A stretch of DNA of 64,000 bases from a virus (IMGVR_UViG_3300047202_000060); one strand, 5' to 3'; shown: positions 30,301 to 39,959, counted from the first letter of the stretch. Translations and numbers: made by a program. Notes: generated by a model not told the origin, from the sequence alone.

Positions 30301-30555
30301 CTATGTTGGGTCACTTGCTCCATTATACCATTGTGGTCCAGCCGCACCAATATCTCCTTGATCTCCCTTATCGCCTTTTGCACCCGTTTCACCAATATCA
30401 CCCTTATCTCCTGTATCACCTTTGTCGCCTTGTGGTCCCTTAAGAATGCCTATACTAACCCATGTAGGAACACCTTCAACAAGTTGCTTTTGGAATACTT
30501 CTCCACTTACGGTATTCAGATAATAATCACCGACAACTCCCGCCAAACACATCAC
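30301..30555 (-). CDS. Collagen-like repeat protein
   Basis: GDYYLNTVSGEVFQK followed by about 11 G-x-y triplets. Confidence 0.65.
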   Translation of the reverse strand: MMCLAGVVGDYYLNTVSGEVFQKQLVEGVPTWVSIGILKGPQGDKGDTGDKGDIGETGAKGDKGDQGDIGAAGPQWYNGASDPT

Positions 30556-30561
30556 CCCCTC

Positions 30562-30837
30562 TTATATTGGATTACCTGAGCCGAATAGAAAGTTATGAAA
30601 TAAAGTCAATAGTTTCCAAATGACAATTCTGAATTCTTCATCAAGAGAAAGATTTGCGCTTTGAACTACAATTGATTGTTCATTTAAATTATACCATTGA
30701 ACAAGCATCGTATTAGGATATATTAAACCTTCCTTATTTTTATACATAACATGAACAAAAAGTTCAGTCGTTCCTAGATTATGAGTAAGAATTTGATCTG
30801 GTTGCCATTTCAACCATCCACTATCATAATCTGGCAC
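30562..30837 (-). CDS. Fibre-type small protein
   Basis: YDSGW...THNLGT..LFVHV pattern; ends in GSGNPI. Confidence 0.55.
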   Translation of the reverse strand: MPDYDSGWLKWQPDQILTHNLGTTELFVHVMYKNKEGLIYPNTMLVQWYNLNEQSIVVQSANLSLDEEFRIVIWKLLTLFHNFLFGSGNPI

Positions 30838-30929
30838 ATTAACACAACTCGCATAGAAGAATGTTCTATGTCATATTTAAACCTTTCGGTTTTTGATAAC
30901 AAAAACTGTCTTGCTCTACATAAATACAT

Positions 30930-31202
30930 TTAATATGATTTGTATTTTTGAAGAACCAATTTAGCATAATTCAAATAATCAAGTGCACCACGCATTGTAA
31001 TAAAAAAACGCATAGCTATTTCTTTTCGTAGAGTTTCATCATTTTGTTTCGGATTATCAAGAATCATTTTACAAACTTCAAGAATACGAAGAGACTTACC
31101 TTCTATAGTTTTGTTGTCAGAAATAAGAAGGGGAGAAGAAGGAGAAAGACTACAAATGAAAAAACCTTTATACCATTGCTCGAACTTTTCACTTTCTTTC
31201 AT
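30930..31202 (-). CDS. Hypothetical protein, possible C-terminal winged HTH
   Basis: Likely start ATG 31202 (MKESEK); TLRKEIAMRFFITMRGALDYL. Confidence 0.4.
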   Translation of the reverse strand: MKESEKFEQWYKGFFICSLSPSSPLLISDNKTIEGKSLRILEVCKMILDNPKQNDETLRKEIAMRFFITMRGALDYLNYAKLVLQKYKSY

Positions 31203-31210
31203 TGCAAATC

Positions 31211-32176
31211 CTACAGCAATTCTTTGAATAGCTCCACGAACATTGCTTTTTGCTCTTCCAAATTCTGAGATATTGAACGCCTTGTCTTCTCGAAAATTTG
31301 TGTTCCGCAACAAGTGTCGCCGACTACCCAGATTTCATTTGGCTTGAGTAACTTACAAACTTTTGCAAAGTTTCTCCAATATTGAAGAAGACGTTGACTT
31401 GCCAAAGTCTGATGAACTTCGAATTCCTGTCCGTTATAAGTATATTTCTCTGGGGCAATCGCGGCTACTTCGCCAACGTGAAAATCTGCTACAACTGCAA
31501 CCAAGAACTTAGCATCTTTGCACATCACTTTGAAGTATTCTTCAATATCAACGTGACCATTGCCCTCTTCAACATATTTCTTGGAATCTATGTCACCAGC
31601 TTCATAAATCTTTTTCTCGTTGTGGTCATAGACAAATGGTTTATAGAGCCATTTCTGTACTCTAATTCGTCCTTCCTTTGTTACGATTATGAAGTATGCG
31701 CCGATGTCTGTCTGGTAGTGGGCGAAGTTTGCATTTGCCTTTGGATATTCAAGAAACGTGCACCAACAAGGAACATTCACAATTCTGAATGGGTCATCAT
31801 CTATAGAACCACGAGTAGTATGTCCATGTGCCGCTACAGACATAGCAACATTATGCGGAAGTTTTCCTGAATACATATCGATCTGCCATTTCTCAGCATC
31901 TCTTTGGCTAACTGAATAAGGATTTATAGAACCCAATCTTCGCGTATGAGTCACAAAAGCAAGTTTGTCATTGTGAAGGTCTTCAAAACTCCACCAAGCC
32001 TTATGCTCGGCATCAAAACCCATAACTTTAAGTTTCAGGGCAATATCCTGCATCAAAAGAGTATCCAAACTTGCGTGGACGGTTGTTCCATCCCACAATT
32101 TAATCTTTGGATGCCAACTTTTCTCAAGTCGTTTCCAATTCTTATCTGCTTCTTTTTTCAAGTTCTTTGACATCAC
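31211..32176 (-). CDS. Calcineurin-like metallophosphoesterase, apparently circularly permuted
   Basis: Motif order is WDGTTVH (III), VTH (IV), AAHGH (V), then VVADFHVG (I) and WVVGD (II) at the C-terminus. Confidence 0.7.
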   Translation of the reverse strand: MMSKNLKKEADKNWKRLEKSWHPKIKLWDGTTVHASLDTLLMQDIALKLKVMGFDAEHKAWWSFEDLHNDKLAFVTHTRRLGSINPYSVSQRDAEKWQIDMYSGKLPHNVAMSVAAHGHTTRGSIDDDPFRIVNVPCWCTFLEYPKANANFAHYQTDIGAYFIIVTKEGRIRVQKWLYKPFVYDHNEKKIYEAGDIDSKKYVEEGNGHVDIEEYFKVMCKDAKFLVAVVADFHVGEVAAIAPEKYTYNGQEFEVHQTLASQRLLQYWRNFAKVCKLLKPNEIWVVGDTCCGTQIFEKTRRSISQNLEEQKAMFVELFKELL

Positions 32177-32268
32177 AAATCACATCTTATACATATCATA
32201 TCGTCCTATTTAAATGTTACGTTTCTCCTATACGTTTTTTGAGTAGAAGATAACGTTTATTTCTACGA

Positions 32269-32577
32269 TTAGGATGAAGAAATATATTGGTAACAAACTC
32301 TGTCCTCAACTATATGAATACCATCTCCACCAAACTGGTCCGATGTAAGGTCAAATTCTTGTCCATTAGGAAGTCTATTCCAAAAATGAACAACTCCTTT
32401 TACATCTCCTTGAAGAAGCAATCCGCCAAAAATATCTTGAACACATATCGCCGTCACATAACATTGTCCCGTACTTGGAGTATCAGGCTCAAAATCTGCA
32501 ATATAAGTTGTCTGTTGACACCAAGCTTTTTCAAACTTTTTCCGAAGTCTTTTTAAAACAACTTCAAGTTTTGTCAA
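32269..32577 (-). CDS. YunG-like protein
   Basis: PSTGQCYVTAICVQDIFGG...HFWNRL...DLTSDQF. Confidence 0.65.
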   Translation of the reverse strand: MTKLEVVLKRLRKKFEKAWCQQTTYIADFEPDTPSTGQCYVTAICVQDIFGGLLLQGDVKGVVHFWNRLPNGQEFDLTSDQFGGDGIHIVEDRVCYQYISSS

Positions 32578-33023
32578 GTGAACTGCACGACCATCTTAGA
32601 TGAATTTTTTACAAGTTCTTCTAAAGAAGGTCCTTTAACCATTGTCTTATATTCACTACAAGAACGTTTTGACCCATTACAATCGTGACCTTTGAAACAT
32701 TTAAGATAACTTTCATCTTGAGCCACCCATTCTCGTCCATAATTAGCACAAGTAATAGTAAAATGGTCCCATAAGCTGAACAATTGATTTAAAACAGAGA
32801 AATCATATTCTATGTTCTTATCTCTTATGTTTATGCCTATCTGTATATCGTTTACAAGTCTATCTAGTAATTGAAATTGTTTAGAAAGTTTGGACCGCCT
32901 AAAATCTTCGAGCGCATCTAATTCCTCAGTCATTTTTTCGGCTGTCCATTCTCCATCATTATTCCAATGGTCACTATTCCATTCATAAATCGTTTCCCAT
33001 TTCTGAGTCGTTATCATCGGCAT
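32574..33023 (-). CDS. Hypothetical protein
   Basis: First gene of the leftward block, after the TATA box at about 33056-33071. Confidence 0.5.
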   Translation of the reverse strand: MPMITTQKWETIYEWNSDHWNNDGEWTAEKMTEELDALEDFRRSKLSKQFQLLDRLVNDIQIGINIRDKNIEYDFSVLNQLFSLWDHFTITCANYGREWVAQDESYLKCFKGHDCNGSKRSCSEYKTMVKGPSLEELVKNSSKMVVQFT

Positions 33024-33086
33024 ATTTTACCACACAATAGTAATGTTTTGTAAACTATTTAAACTTTGCGGTTGCTTACTTTATAA

Positions 33087-33102
33087 TTAATCACTTGATT
33101 AA
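33087..33102. promoter_or_regulatory. Palindromic operator copy 3
   Basis: ttaatcacttgattaa, just upstream of the leftward promoter. Confidence 0.65.
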
Positions 33103-33485
33103 AATTTCACTCTAATAGGGTCATTTTTATACCTATTGTTTTATGACTAAAAAAATGAGATACCCATATTACCTCATATTTCCAAACCATAACCCTTAAA
33201 TAGAACTTCTTACATCTTAATATTCAATTACAAAATAACTCATTGGCAACAGGAAAAAGATTAGGCGATGCGAAAGTAAGGATATAACGCTTGTAACCAT
33301 TGCGGTCATCCGTGCCCGAAATCAAGTCAGCTTAACTACTTGCCGAAACTCGGCGTTCCCAAACAAATCCAAATGAGTTAACTAATTTTTAAGAAGTTAT
33401 TATTCAATTGGTTAATAGTAGTGGAAGGGGAGATAGTATAAGAGGGGGAACCAATATAGGACCAGTAGAGCAACAACGACTTATG

Positions 33486-33543
33486 CGACACACACACCCC
33501 GCGCCCGCGCAACACACACCGCGCCCGACACACACGCCGCAAC
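33486..33543. repeat. GC-rich patchwork repeat of CGACACACAC, CCGCGCCCG and CGCAAC units in the divergent intergenic region
   Basis: Each unit occurs twice; there are no T bases across 58 nt in an AT-rich genome. Confidence 0.7.
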
Positions 33544-33760
33544 GTTTAAATAGGAGTATTAACACATTCTGTTAGTAGTGTGGTGATAAGTACGCCAAAA
33601 AGATGTGAAGATGTAAAATGTGGTTGTCTAGCGGCTGATGGTACTTGCCTGATGCCGAAAGAAGACCTAAAGGAAAAATGTCCAGCACGAGAGACAGTCA
33701 TCAATGAGCATAAAGATAATTGGTTTGATGAACTCTATAAGCTGAAATTGAGGGATTAAA

Positions 33761-34048
33761 ATGGTAAAATATAGAACTAAGAAGTCTGGTGCTTGGGTAG
33801 CTCAGATGACAATTAAAGAACTTCTTAATAAGCTAGATGCTCTCGAACATCCAACTCTTGTTACTGGAAGTATAGGTCATGAAGCGGCTAGAGAAAGAGC
33901 GGCAAAGATTATTAGAGGAATAATTGAGAATACAATAGTTACTATCGATAATCAGAAAATCAAGGATGCCGAAGTTGAACTTGATGATGAAGACGATTGG
34001 GAGTCTGAGTTAGTCAACAAACACATCAAATGGTTCTTTGAAAGGTAA
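33761..34048 (+). CDS. Hypothetical protein
   Basis: In the rightward operon. Confidence 0.45.
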   Translation: MVKYRTKKSGAWVAQMTIKELLNKLDALEHPTLVTGSIGHEAARERAAKIIRGIIENTIVTIDNQKIKDAEVELDDEDDWESELVNKHIKWFFER

Positions 34049-34053
34049 ATGAT

Positions 34054-34287
34054 ATGGTAGAACTCATATACAAATACGCTAAATGTTCAGAATGTGGGAA
34101 AGAGGGTTTCCAATGGGGGGCACTTATAGAGAATACGTTCATATGTCACGATTGTATTGTTCTTATTGATAAAAAGTTAGACGACATGAAAGAAGAAGCT
34201 CGAAATAAAGCTATGACATATAGAACATTTAACATGAATCGAGACACAATTCCTTTAAGTGATAGAGATGAGACTCAGAAACCATAA
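34054..34287 (+). CDS. Small Zn-finger protein
   Basis: CSECG...CHDC. Confidence 0.5.
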   Translation: MVELIYKYAKCSECGKEGFQWGALIENTFICHDCIVLIDKKLDDMKEEARNKAMTYRTFNMNRDTIPLSDRDETQKP

Positions 34288-34441
34288 AAAGAAACTTGCT
34301 ATTCTTCTCGGTTATCAACTTAGCAATCTGGGTTGGATTGGAGCGTGGATGGCGGCAGAACATTATCTTCCTATGTTTGTTCCTTGCGTAATCCTTATAT
34401 GCTTGGCAGATGTATTAATCATATGGAAGGAATATAATTGA
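34259..34441 (+). CDS. Small membrane protein
   Basis: Two hydrophobic stretches. Confidence 0.4.
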   Translation: MIEMRLRNHKKKLAILLGYQLSNLGWIGAWMAAEHYLPMFVPCVILICLADVLIIWKEYN

Positions 34442-34884
34442 AAAACAAAGATTTTGAAGAATGTATAAAGTGCCATAGACTTCACCCGACAAGTATGAGA
34501 TGTCCGTGGTGTGAATCGGGAATCATATACTCTAACTTCGATTTCTTTAAAGCTATGCTTGCTCTTCAAAAAGGATTCCAGACCAAATATAAAGATCGAT
34601 TCAAAGGCAAGAAGAGAATCACTAAACTAGGCGATGCAATAGCGATAATTCAGGAAGCCTCAGAACTTATAGACGCTACGAACCGAAATAAGAAAGGTAA
34701 CAACTATAAATGGTGGTCCGATAAAGTCCACATGAGAGAAGAGCGACTTTTCGAGTTGGTTGACATCTGGCACTTCTTCATGCTCTACATGATAATTGAG
34801 AAAATATCGCCAGAAGAATTCTTCCAAACATATATCAAAAAACTCGGCGAAAACTACGCTCGACAGGAGAGCGGGGCATATTGA
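34438..34884 (+). CDS. Dimeric all-alpha dUTPase (MazG-like superfamily)
   Basis: IQEASELID...YKWW...ELVDIWHF...KKLGENYARQESGAY. Confidence 0.8.
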   Translation: MKNKDFEECIKCHRLHPTSMRCPWCESGIIYSNFDFFKAMLALQKGFQTKYKDRFKGKKRITKLGDAIAIIQEASELIDATNRNKKGNNYKWWSDKVHMREERLFELVDIWHFFMLYMIIEKISPEEFFQTYIKKLGENYARQESGAY

Positions 34885-35099
34885 GGAAGTCTTTACTATG
34901 CAAACTAGGACTCCATAAAAATGACATAAAACATTTAGAACTCTGTGTTAACATAGGTGATATGTGGGACGCTGGATTTACTCTCTATTACAAAGTTCTT
35001 AGATGTGAAAAATGTGGCACAATTCACAAGAAAGAAATCTCACAAAAAGAATATTGGAAACTTGAAGAAACATACTTTGTTGAGGTTGAAACAGTATGA
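34881..35099 (+). CDS. Small Zn-binding hypothetical protein
   Basis: LCKLGLH...CEKCG. Confidence 0.45.
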   Translation: MRKSLLCKLGLHKNDIKHLELCVNIGDMWDAGFTLYYKVLRCEKCGTIHKKEISQKEYWKLEETYFVEVETV

Positions 35100-35599
35100 C
35101 CGAACTCGATAACATCAAAGTAAGCGCAACCGTAATAGTCATATCTAAAGATGATAAAGTTCTCATAGTACAAAGACTACCAGATAAGGCGTTTCCTAAT
35201 CTATGGACTGTTGCTGGTGGAAAACTTCAAAGTGATGATGGAGAACAAAGGAGTGAAGGATTCCTTTATAATTCAGTAGAAGCATGTGCTCGAAGAGAAT
35301 TATTTGAAGAAACTGGTATTCATATCTGGAATACCAAACTTAACTATCTTTGCTCAATAACTACAATTTGGGGCGAAACCAGAAGAGTAATTCTAAGCTA
35401 TTATGTTATTCTTAATAAGGATGCAGATAAGATAAAACTTACTCTATCAGAATGCCAAGATGCTCGATGGATAGAAAATTATATGATAGATAGTTACAAT
35501 TTCATTCCAGACATTGGCGGCGAAATTAAAGAAGTTTTTAAAATTCTAAAACAAGAAAGAGAAGCAATTATGGAGAGAATCATCAAAAATGGTGCATAA
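35096..35599 (+). CDS. NUDIX hydrolase
   Basis: Nudix box with an insertion: WTVAGGK...EACARRELFEETGI. Confidence 0.85.
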   Translation: MTELDNIKVSATVIVISKDDKVLIVQRLPDKAFPNLWTVAGGKLQSDDGEQRSEGFLYNSVEACARRELFEETGIHIWNTKLNYLCSITTIWGETRRVILSYYVILNKDADKIKLTLSECQDARWIENYMIDSYNFIPDIGGEIKEVFKILKQEREAIMERIIKNGA

Positions 35600-35602
35600 T
35601 TA

Positions 35603-35806
35603 ATGTCTGACATTTTTCTACGATTACGAAAGGGGTCGGCAGATCGTCAAGCCCGTATAAACAAACTAAAGACTATGCTTCTCAATAAGGGTGAAAAAAC
35701 AGAAGAGCAAATAATTGCTCAGTTTTGCTATGAAGAAGCTGTATCAATCAGAATAGCAAACGAATATCTTTCAATTCTTAAGTTGGCTGGGATTATTCAC
35801 GAATAA
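35603..35806 (+). CDS. Small winged-HTH-like DNA-binding protein
   Basis: EEQIIAQFCYEEAVSIRIANEYLSILKLAGII. Confidence 0.45.
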   Translation: MSDIFLRLRKGSADRQARINKLKTMLLNKGEKTEEQIIAQFCYEEAVSIRIANEYLSILKLAGIIHE

Positions 35807-35955
35807 TCGCTTAACAAAAGACCGTTTCAAAATTCGCATAAAAATTTGTATGTTAACGAGAACTGCTTGCTACAACGACTGTAGAAAATGCCTAACAGCT
35901 ATCAATAAAATGAACACTAAAAAAGGGAAGAAAAGTAAAGAATAAAGGACTCTTT

Positions 35956-36447
35956 CTAAGGAGTAGTTTCTCCGTCTTTAAATCCCGATAAGTCCCATCC
36001 AGTTCCAGAACCGCTTCCTTCTTCGCCAATTATGTCGTCCGCTCCACCAGTTCTTGGTCGATATTTGTATAGACGGCAACCTGTAATTTTCAATGTCGAG
36101 TTCGATACTGCATTACCACTATTGTCATATAACATTCCTTCCAACGAAAACTCTGTTTCAGATTGGAATAGATTCAGCAATAGGTCTTCTTGTCCTGAAT
36201 CTGCAAAGTACCATCGAGTTATAGTGAAAGTTACTTCGAAACTTCCAGCAGAGTGTACGGGTGTTCTACAACCATAGATTGATTCTGGTCCGCCCTTATA
36301 GCCCATTTGGATGTCCATACCCTCAACTACACCAACAGTATATGTATGTGCGCCGCCATGGGTTATAATTTTGACAACCATGTTTACGCATCTAAAGGGT
36401 CCCAAAACAGTATTCGTAACGGGATTTGTATATGTACTTCTAGTCAT
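35956..36447 (-). CDS. Tail tube protein
   Basis: 163 aa; VGVVEGMDIQM...GSFEVTFTITRWY...LKITGC...IIGEE.S, a tube-protein-like strand order; own TATA box at about 36490. Confidence 0.6.
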   Translation of the reverse strand: MTRSTYTNPVTNTVLGPFRCVNMVVKIITHGGAHTYTVGVVEGMDIQMGYKGGPESIYGCRTPVHSAGSFEVTFTITRWYFADSGQEDLLLNLFQSETEFSLEGMLYDNSGNAVSNSTLKITGCRLYKYRPRTGGADDIIGEEGSGSGTGWDLSGFKDGETTP

Positions 36448-36571
36448 TTACATCATCTTCTTATAGTGACTTTAATAGAACCAGACCAAGTATTTAAATC
36501 TGTCGGTCTTGCTTAACATATTTTGATGTAATACATTTACCATAACCTTTAAATAGGGGTCTTTACATTTA

Positions 36572-37066
36572 TTGTTATCAGGAAGTGTGGATGTTAATAT
36601 GCAATTTGCACGAATAAAAGGATATAAAAAGGACCTAAATACAGGCGACATAATTCTAATAGCAAATGTAACTGATACAGACGGTAAACCATTAATTGAT
36701 ACTAGCGGTACTGGAATGGCAGATATTGAAATTCGTTTTTCTCAGGAAGGACTTCAGAAATTAATTCGAGAAGAACTACCAACTGAGGAACAAAGAATGC
36801 AAGAAATATTGGACAAAATCCATCAAATTCGAGTGAACCGTGTTCTTAATATCGAAAAAATGGATGATGCCATTGAAGAGATAAAGAAAAATGCTGAAAA
36901 AGATTTCACTAATTGCAATGACAAAATTGAGATTATGAGAATGAGCGCAATCTACAGAGTAAAACTTTTGGCATCAGCACAGAAGCGATTGCTTTCAAAG
37001 TTCTCTATGCAAGAAGAGTCCGAACTGAGTCTTCAACTTACGAAGTTGAGACAAGCTAAGAGTTAA
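36572..37066 (+). CDS. Hypothetical helical protein (terminase small subunit candidate by position)
   Basis: Follows the promoter at 36540-36555, two genes before terL. Confidence 0.4.
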   Translation: MLSGSVDVNMQFARIKGYKKDLNTGDIILIANVTDTDGKPLIDTSGTGMADIEIRFSQEGLQKLIREELPTEEQRMQEILDKIHQIRVNRVLNIEKMDDAIEEIKKNAEKDFTNCNDKIEIMRMSAIYRVKLLASAQKRLLSKFSMQEESELSLQLTKLRQAKS

Positions 37067-37071
37067 TCTAT

Positions 37072-37254
37072 ATGCAAAAAGGAAAAGCCAAAGAAGTTCA
37101 TATTCAGAATGTTAAAGCTAATGAATCTTTACCATTCTGCAAAGGATGTCCTAACGAACATGGAGCTTGTGGAACCCCCTGTATGGCTTGTGAAAAATCT
37201 GAAAAATGGAACAAGGAATGGCAAATCAAATTTCTAATATGGGAGAAAAGATAA
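37072..37254 (+). CDS. Small Cys-rich protein
   Basis: CKGC...C...CMAC; coupled to terL. Confidence 0.4.
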   Translation: MQKGKAKEVHIQNVKANESLPFCKGCPNEHGACGTPCMACEKSEKWNKEWQIKFLIWEKR

Positions 37255-38841
37255 TTGCCAAAAGGTATGTTTGATAAAGAGACAGAACTTTTACAGAAGT
37301 TCAAAAAGAAAGATATTATTGAGTTAGAAGACTATCGTAAATGGCGTGAACATTGGCGTATAGAAGGTCCAGTAAAGTTTGCTTATCAGGTTCTCAGAAT
37401 AGACCCAAATACTGGCAAACCTCTGATTCTCTCAGACGGACAGAAAGAATTTCTTGAAGACGTAGGTATGAACGGAATTAGACTTGCAATTATCACGGCT
37501 GGACGTGGCTCAGGAAAGACTTTTGTTTTAGCTGTTTATATTATGTGGAGAATCTTTACACATGAAAAATATAGCGTTTCGTGTATGGGTGGTTCTCAAG
37601 AACAGTCAGACAAAATCGCATCTTATATTCAAGGTTGGATTAGGAATAACTCAGTTTTGGAAAGTTATACTCTCAAAAATATTCAAAGAGAAACATTCAC
37701 TTATTCGGAAGGTGATGCGAGATTTCATGCTTGCTCAGGTACATCAGTTCGGGGTCCGCATACTCATGACCTGATTATAGATGAGCAATCGGCTGGTGAA
37801 GAAGCTGGTGGCGGAAAGTTTATTAAAGCCGCAATGTGGGAAGTTTCTACAAGTCCAGACATTCACATAATTCAAGCCTCTACCGCTCAATATATTCACG
37901 GAGATTTCTTAATCACATGGAATAATGCTGAAAAGTTAGGATATAAACGTTATCAATGGGCGATTGCCAAACACACTAGCGGAGAATTAGACCCTTATAA
38001 AGTCTATGAAGATACTAATCCTAAACATTGGTTAACAAATGTTCCATGGATACCACAACTCAATATTGAAGTTCTTCGTGTCAAAGAGGGAAATGATAAA
38101 TGGCTAGTTGAAGCTTTAGGCGGCATAAGTATGTCATCTGGTCTGGTGCTTAACCCAGCAGATTTTGGAGTTGCAATTTGCAAAGCTACTTGTGATATAT
38201 GTCAACCTTATACAGATGGAATATGTCTTGAGTTTGTCCAGAGAGTTCTTATGATGGAAGGAATTCCATTAAAAGATTTGCCAATAAGTACAGAACAAGC
38301 TATAAACGAATATATTCATAATCGAGTGCTAGGAATTGATTGGGGTAGAGGAAGTCCTACTGCATATGTTGTGCTCGGACAATTTAGAGAATGGGTTTTC
38401 GTTCTTGAAGCACATGAGACAGTAGGATTGACAGACCAAGAAAAACTTGATTTGGCTGTAGAACTTTGTAAAAAATGGCAATGTGAAGTTATTCGTCCAG
38501 ACCCTAGAGAATGGGCACTTAATGGCTGGCTTTCAGAACGTGTAGAAGCTGGCGTACACGAATTGTTTACTGGTCCCGAAGGTGGAAATGAAAAATATAA
38601 ATATGTAGCTACAATGAAAAAATTCTTTGAACGACATAAAGTGTGTATTCCACGTCATCAGGATAATGACGATTTAATTCGAAGTCTGAAAAACTTGACT
38701 TATGACGAAACTGGAAAAATCCGTAAACAAGACGACCATTCAGCAGATGCAATGATTTATGCTATTAGTTACTATGAAGAAGTTGACAATGGAGACAATT
38801 GGCAAGTTAGTAAAGGGGATGCTGGCGTAAATCTTTGGTAG
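37255..38841 (+). CDS. terL: Terminase large subunit
   Basis: AGRGSGKT Walker A, LIIDEQ Walker B, AST coupling motif, GIDWG, RPDP and KQDDHSADAMIYA nuclease motifs. Confidence 0.92.
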   Translation: MPKGMFDKETELLQKFKKKDIIELEDYRKWREHWRIEGPVKFAYQVLRIDPNTGKPLILSDGQKEFLEDVGMNGIRLAIITAGRGSGKTFVLAVYIMWRIFTHEKYSVSCMGGSQEQSDKIASYIQGWIRNNSVLESYTLKNIQRETFTYSEGDARFHACSGTSVRGPHTHDLIIDEQSAGEEAGGGKFIKAAMWEVSTSPDIHIIQASTAQYIHGDFLITWNNAEKLGYKRYQWAIAKHTSGELDPYKVYEDTNPKHWLTNVPWIPQLNIEVLRVKEGNDKWLVEALGGISMSSGLVLNPADFGVAICKATCDICQPYTDGICLEFVQRVLMMEGIPLKDLPISTEQAINEYIHNRVLGIDWGRGSPTAYVVLGQFREWVFVLEAHETVGLTDQEKLDLAVELCKKWQCEVIRPDPREWALNGWLSERVEAGVHELFTGPEGGNEKYKYVATMKKFFERHKVCIPRHQDNDDLIRSLKNLTYDETGKIRKQDDHSADAMIYAISYYEEVDNGDNWQVSKGDAGVNLW

Positions 38842-39071
38842 ATATAGTTATTATTAGTAATACAGTCGTTATGGCGGCTACTCTTTTAGCTACACTTTAT
38901 AGAATCAAGATTGAGGTAAAACAAGCTAAAATTACAGAAGAAAATGCTGAATATAAAAAACGTATGGAAACATTCAAATTTTTCCTAGATAAAGAAAAAG
39001 AAGAAGTTATGAAGATGTCCCCAGAAGAAATCTATGAAATGTTAGAGAAGGTATTATGTAATGCAAATTAA
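38835..39071 (+). CDS. Small membrane-anchored coiled-coil protein
   Basis: N-terminal hydrophobic helix. Confidence 0.4.
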   Translation: MVDIVIISNTVVMAATLLATLYRIKIEVKQAKITEENAEYKKRMETFKFFLDKEKEEVMKMSPEEIYEMLEKVLCNAN

Positions 39072-39750
39072 TCACAAGGCAGAAATGGTCCAGAAATTTG
39101 CTGAAATTATGATGCGAGATTTTTCTAAAGATCAGAAAGATCGCGCTGGTTTACACAGGTCTGATGCTATAGCTTGTCCTCTTAAAGCTTATTGGAGATT
39201 AACAGGGGAAAAACAGGCTATTTATGATAGCCAAAATGTTGGCATACTTCTTATTGGAACACTAGCTCACATAGCTCTTCATAAAAACTTTGATGCTCAA
39301 GAAGAAGTCCACGACCTTCATGGTGTAAGTGTAACAATAGATGCTATCTTTGGATTAGAAAGTGGGTCGGGCGGCAAAAGGTATCCGATTGAATCTAAAA
39401 CTACTCGAAAGAGAATTTATAGTAAGGCAGATATTCCACAGGAATGGCTTGAACAATTGGGTATTGCAATGGGTGTTCTTGATGTAGATTTAGGTTATCT
39501 TATGGTTTTCAATGTTATAAATTTCAGTATGACGGTTTGGGAAATCGCAATGTCAAAAGATGAACGTCAAATGTTTCTTGATGGATGTATTTATCAAGTA
39601 GGCTCAATACTTAATTCAGTAAAAGAGAAAAAGCCAGAGCTTTTACAACCTAAGAGAACAGAATGTAAATGGTGTGGATATAGACCAATGAGGAAAAGAC
39701 CAGAAGGTTGTCCGTGGTATAAAGTAGAAGAGAAAAGTGAAGTAAGTTAA
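39061..39750 (+). CDS. Cas4-like PD-(D/E)XK exonuclease
   Basis: HRSDAIACPLKAYW, GTLAH, IDA, IESKTT, EQLGI, CKWCGY...C. Confidence 0.8.
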   Translation: MQINHKAEMVQKFAEIMMRDFSKDQKDRAGLHRSDAIACPLKAYWRLTGEKQAIYDSQNVGILLIGTLAHIALHKNFDAQEEVHDLHGVSVTIDAIFGLESGSGGKRYPIESKTTRKRIYSKADIPQEWLEQLGIAMGVLDVDLGYLMVFNVINFSMTVWEIAMSKDERQMFLDGCIYQVGSILNSVKEKKPELLQPKRTECKWCGYRPMRKRPEGCPWYKVEEKSEVS

Positions 39751-39959
39751 AATGAAAGAATTTCGTCCTCTAATAATTCGTTTGGGTAGTATTGCGAATC
39801 CGCGAAATCCGCGTCTTGTAAATTGGGAATGTAGAGTGGAAAAGTGGAGAATCCTAAATTACCTAGTTTATCGAGAGTTTGTCAAGAGAGAGAAGGTGCA
39901 GTTTACTTAAACCATAAGACTTAAATACTTGAGTGAGAATATTATATTAAGGAATAAAA

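Noticed and set aside
30930-31313. Overlapping ORF as a frameshifted continuation of a truncated phosphoesterase
   Set aside because: It has no phosphoesterase motifs; motifs III-V are already present at the N-terminus of 31211-32176.
7112-31870. Long antisense ORFs such as 7112-7504, 25483-25980, 28283-28735 and 31382-31870
   Set aside because: They are shadows of well-supported genes on the other strand, with no motifs or promoters of their own.
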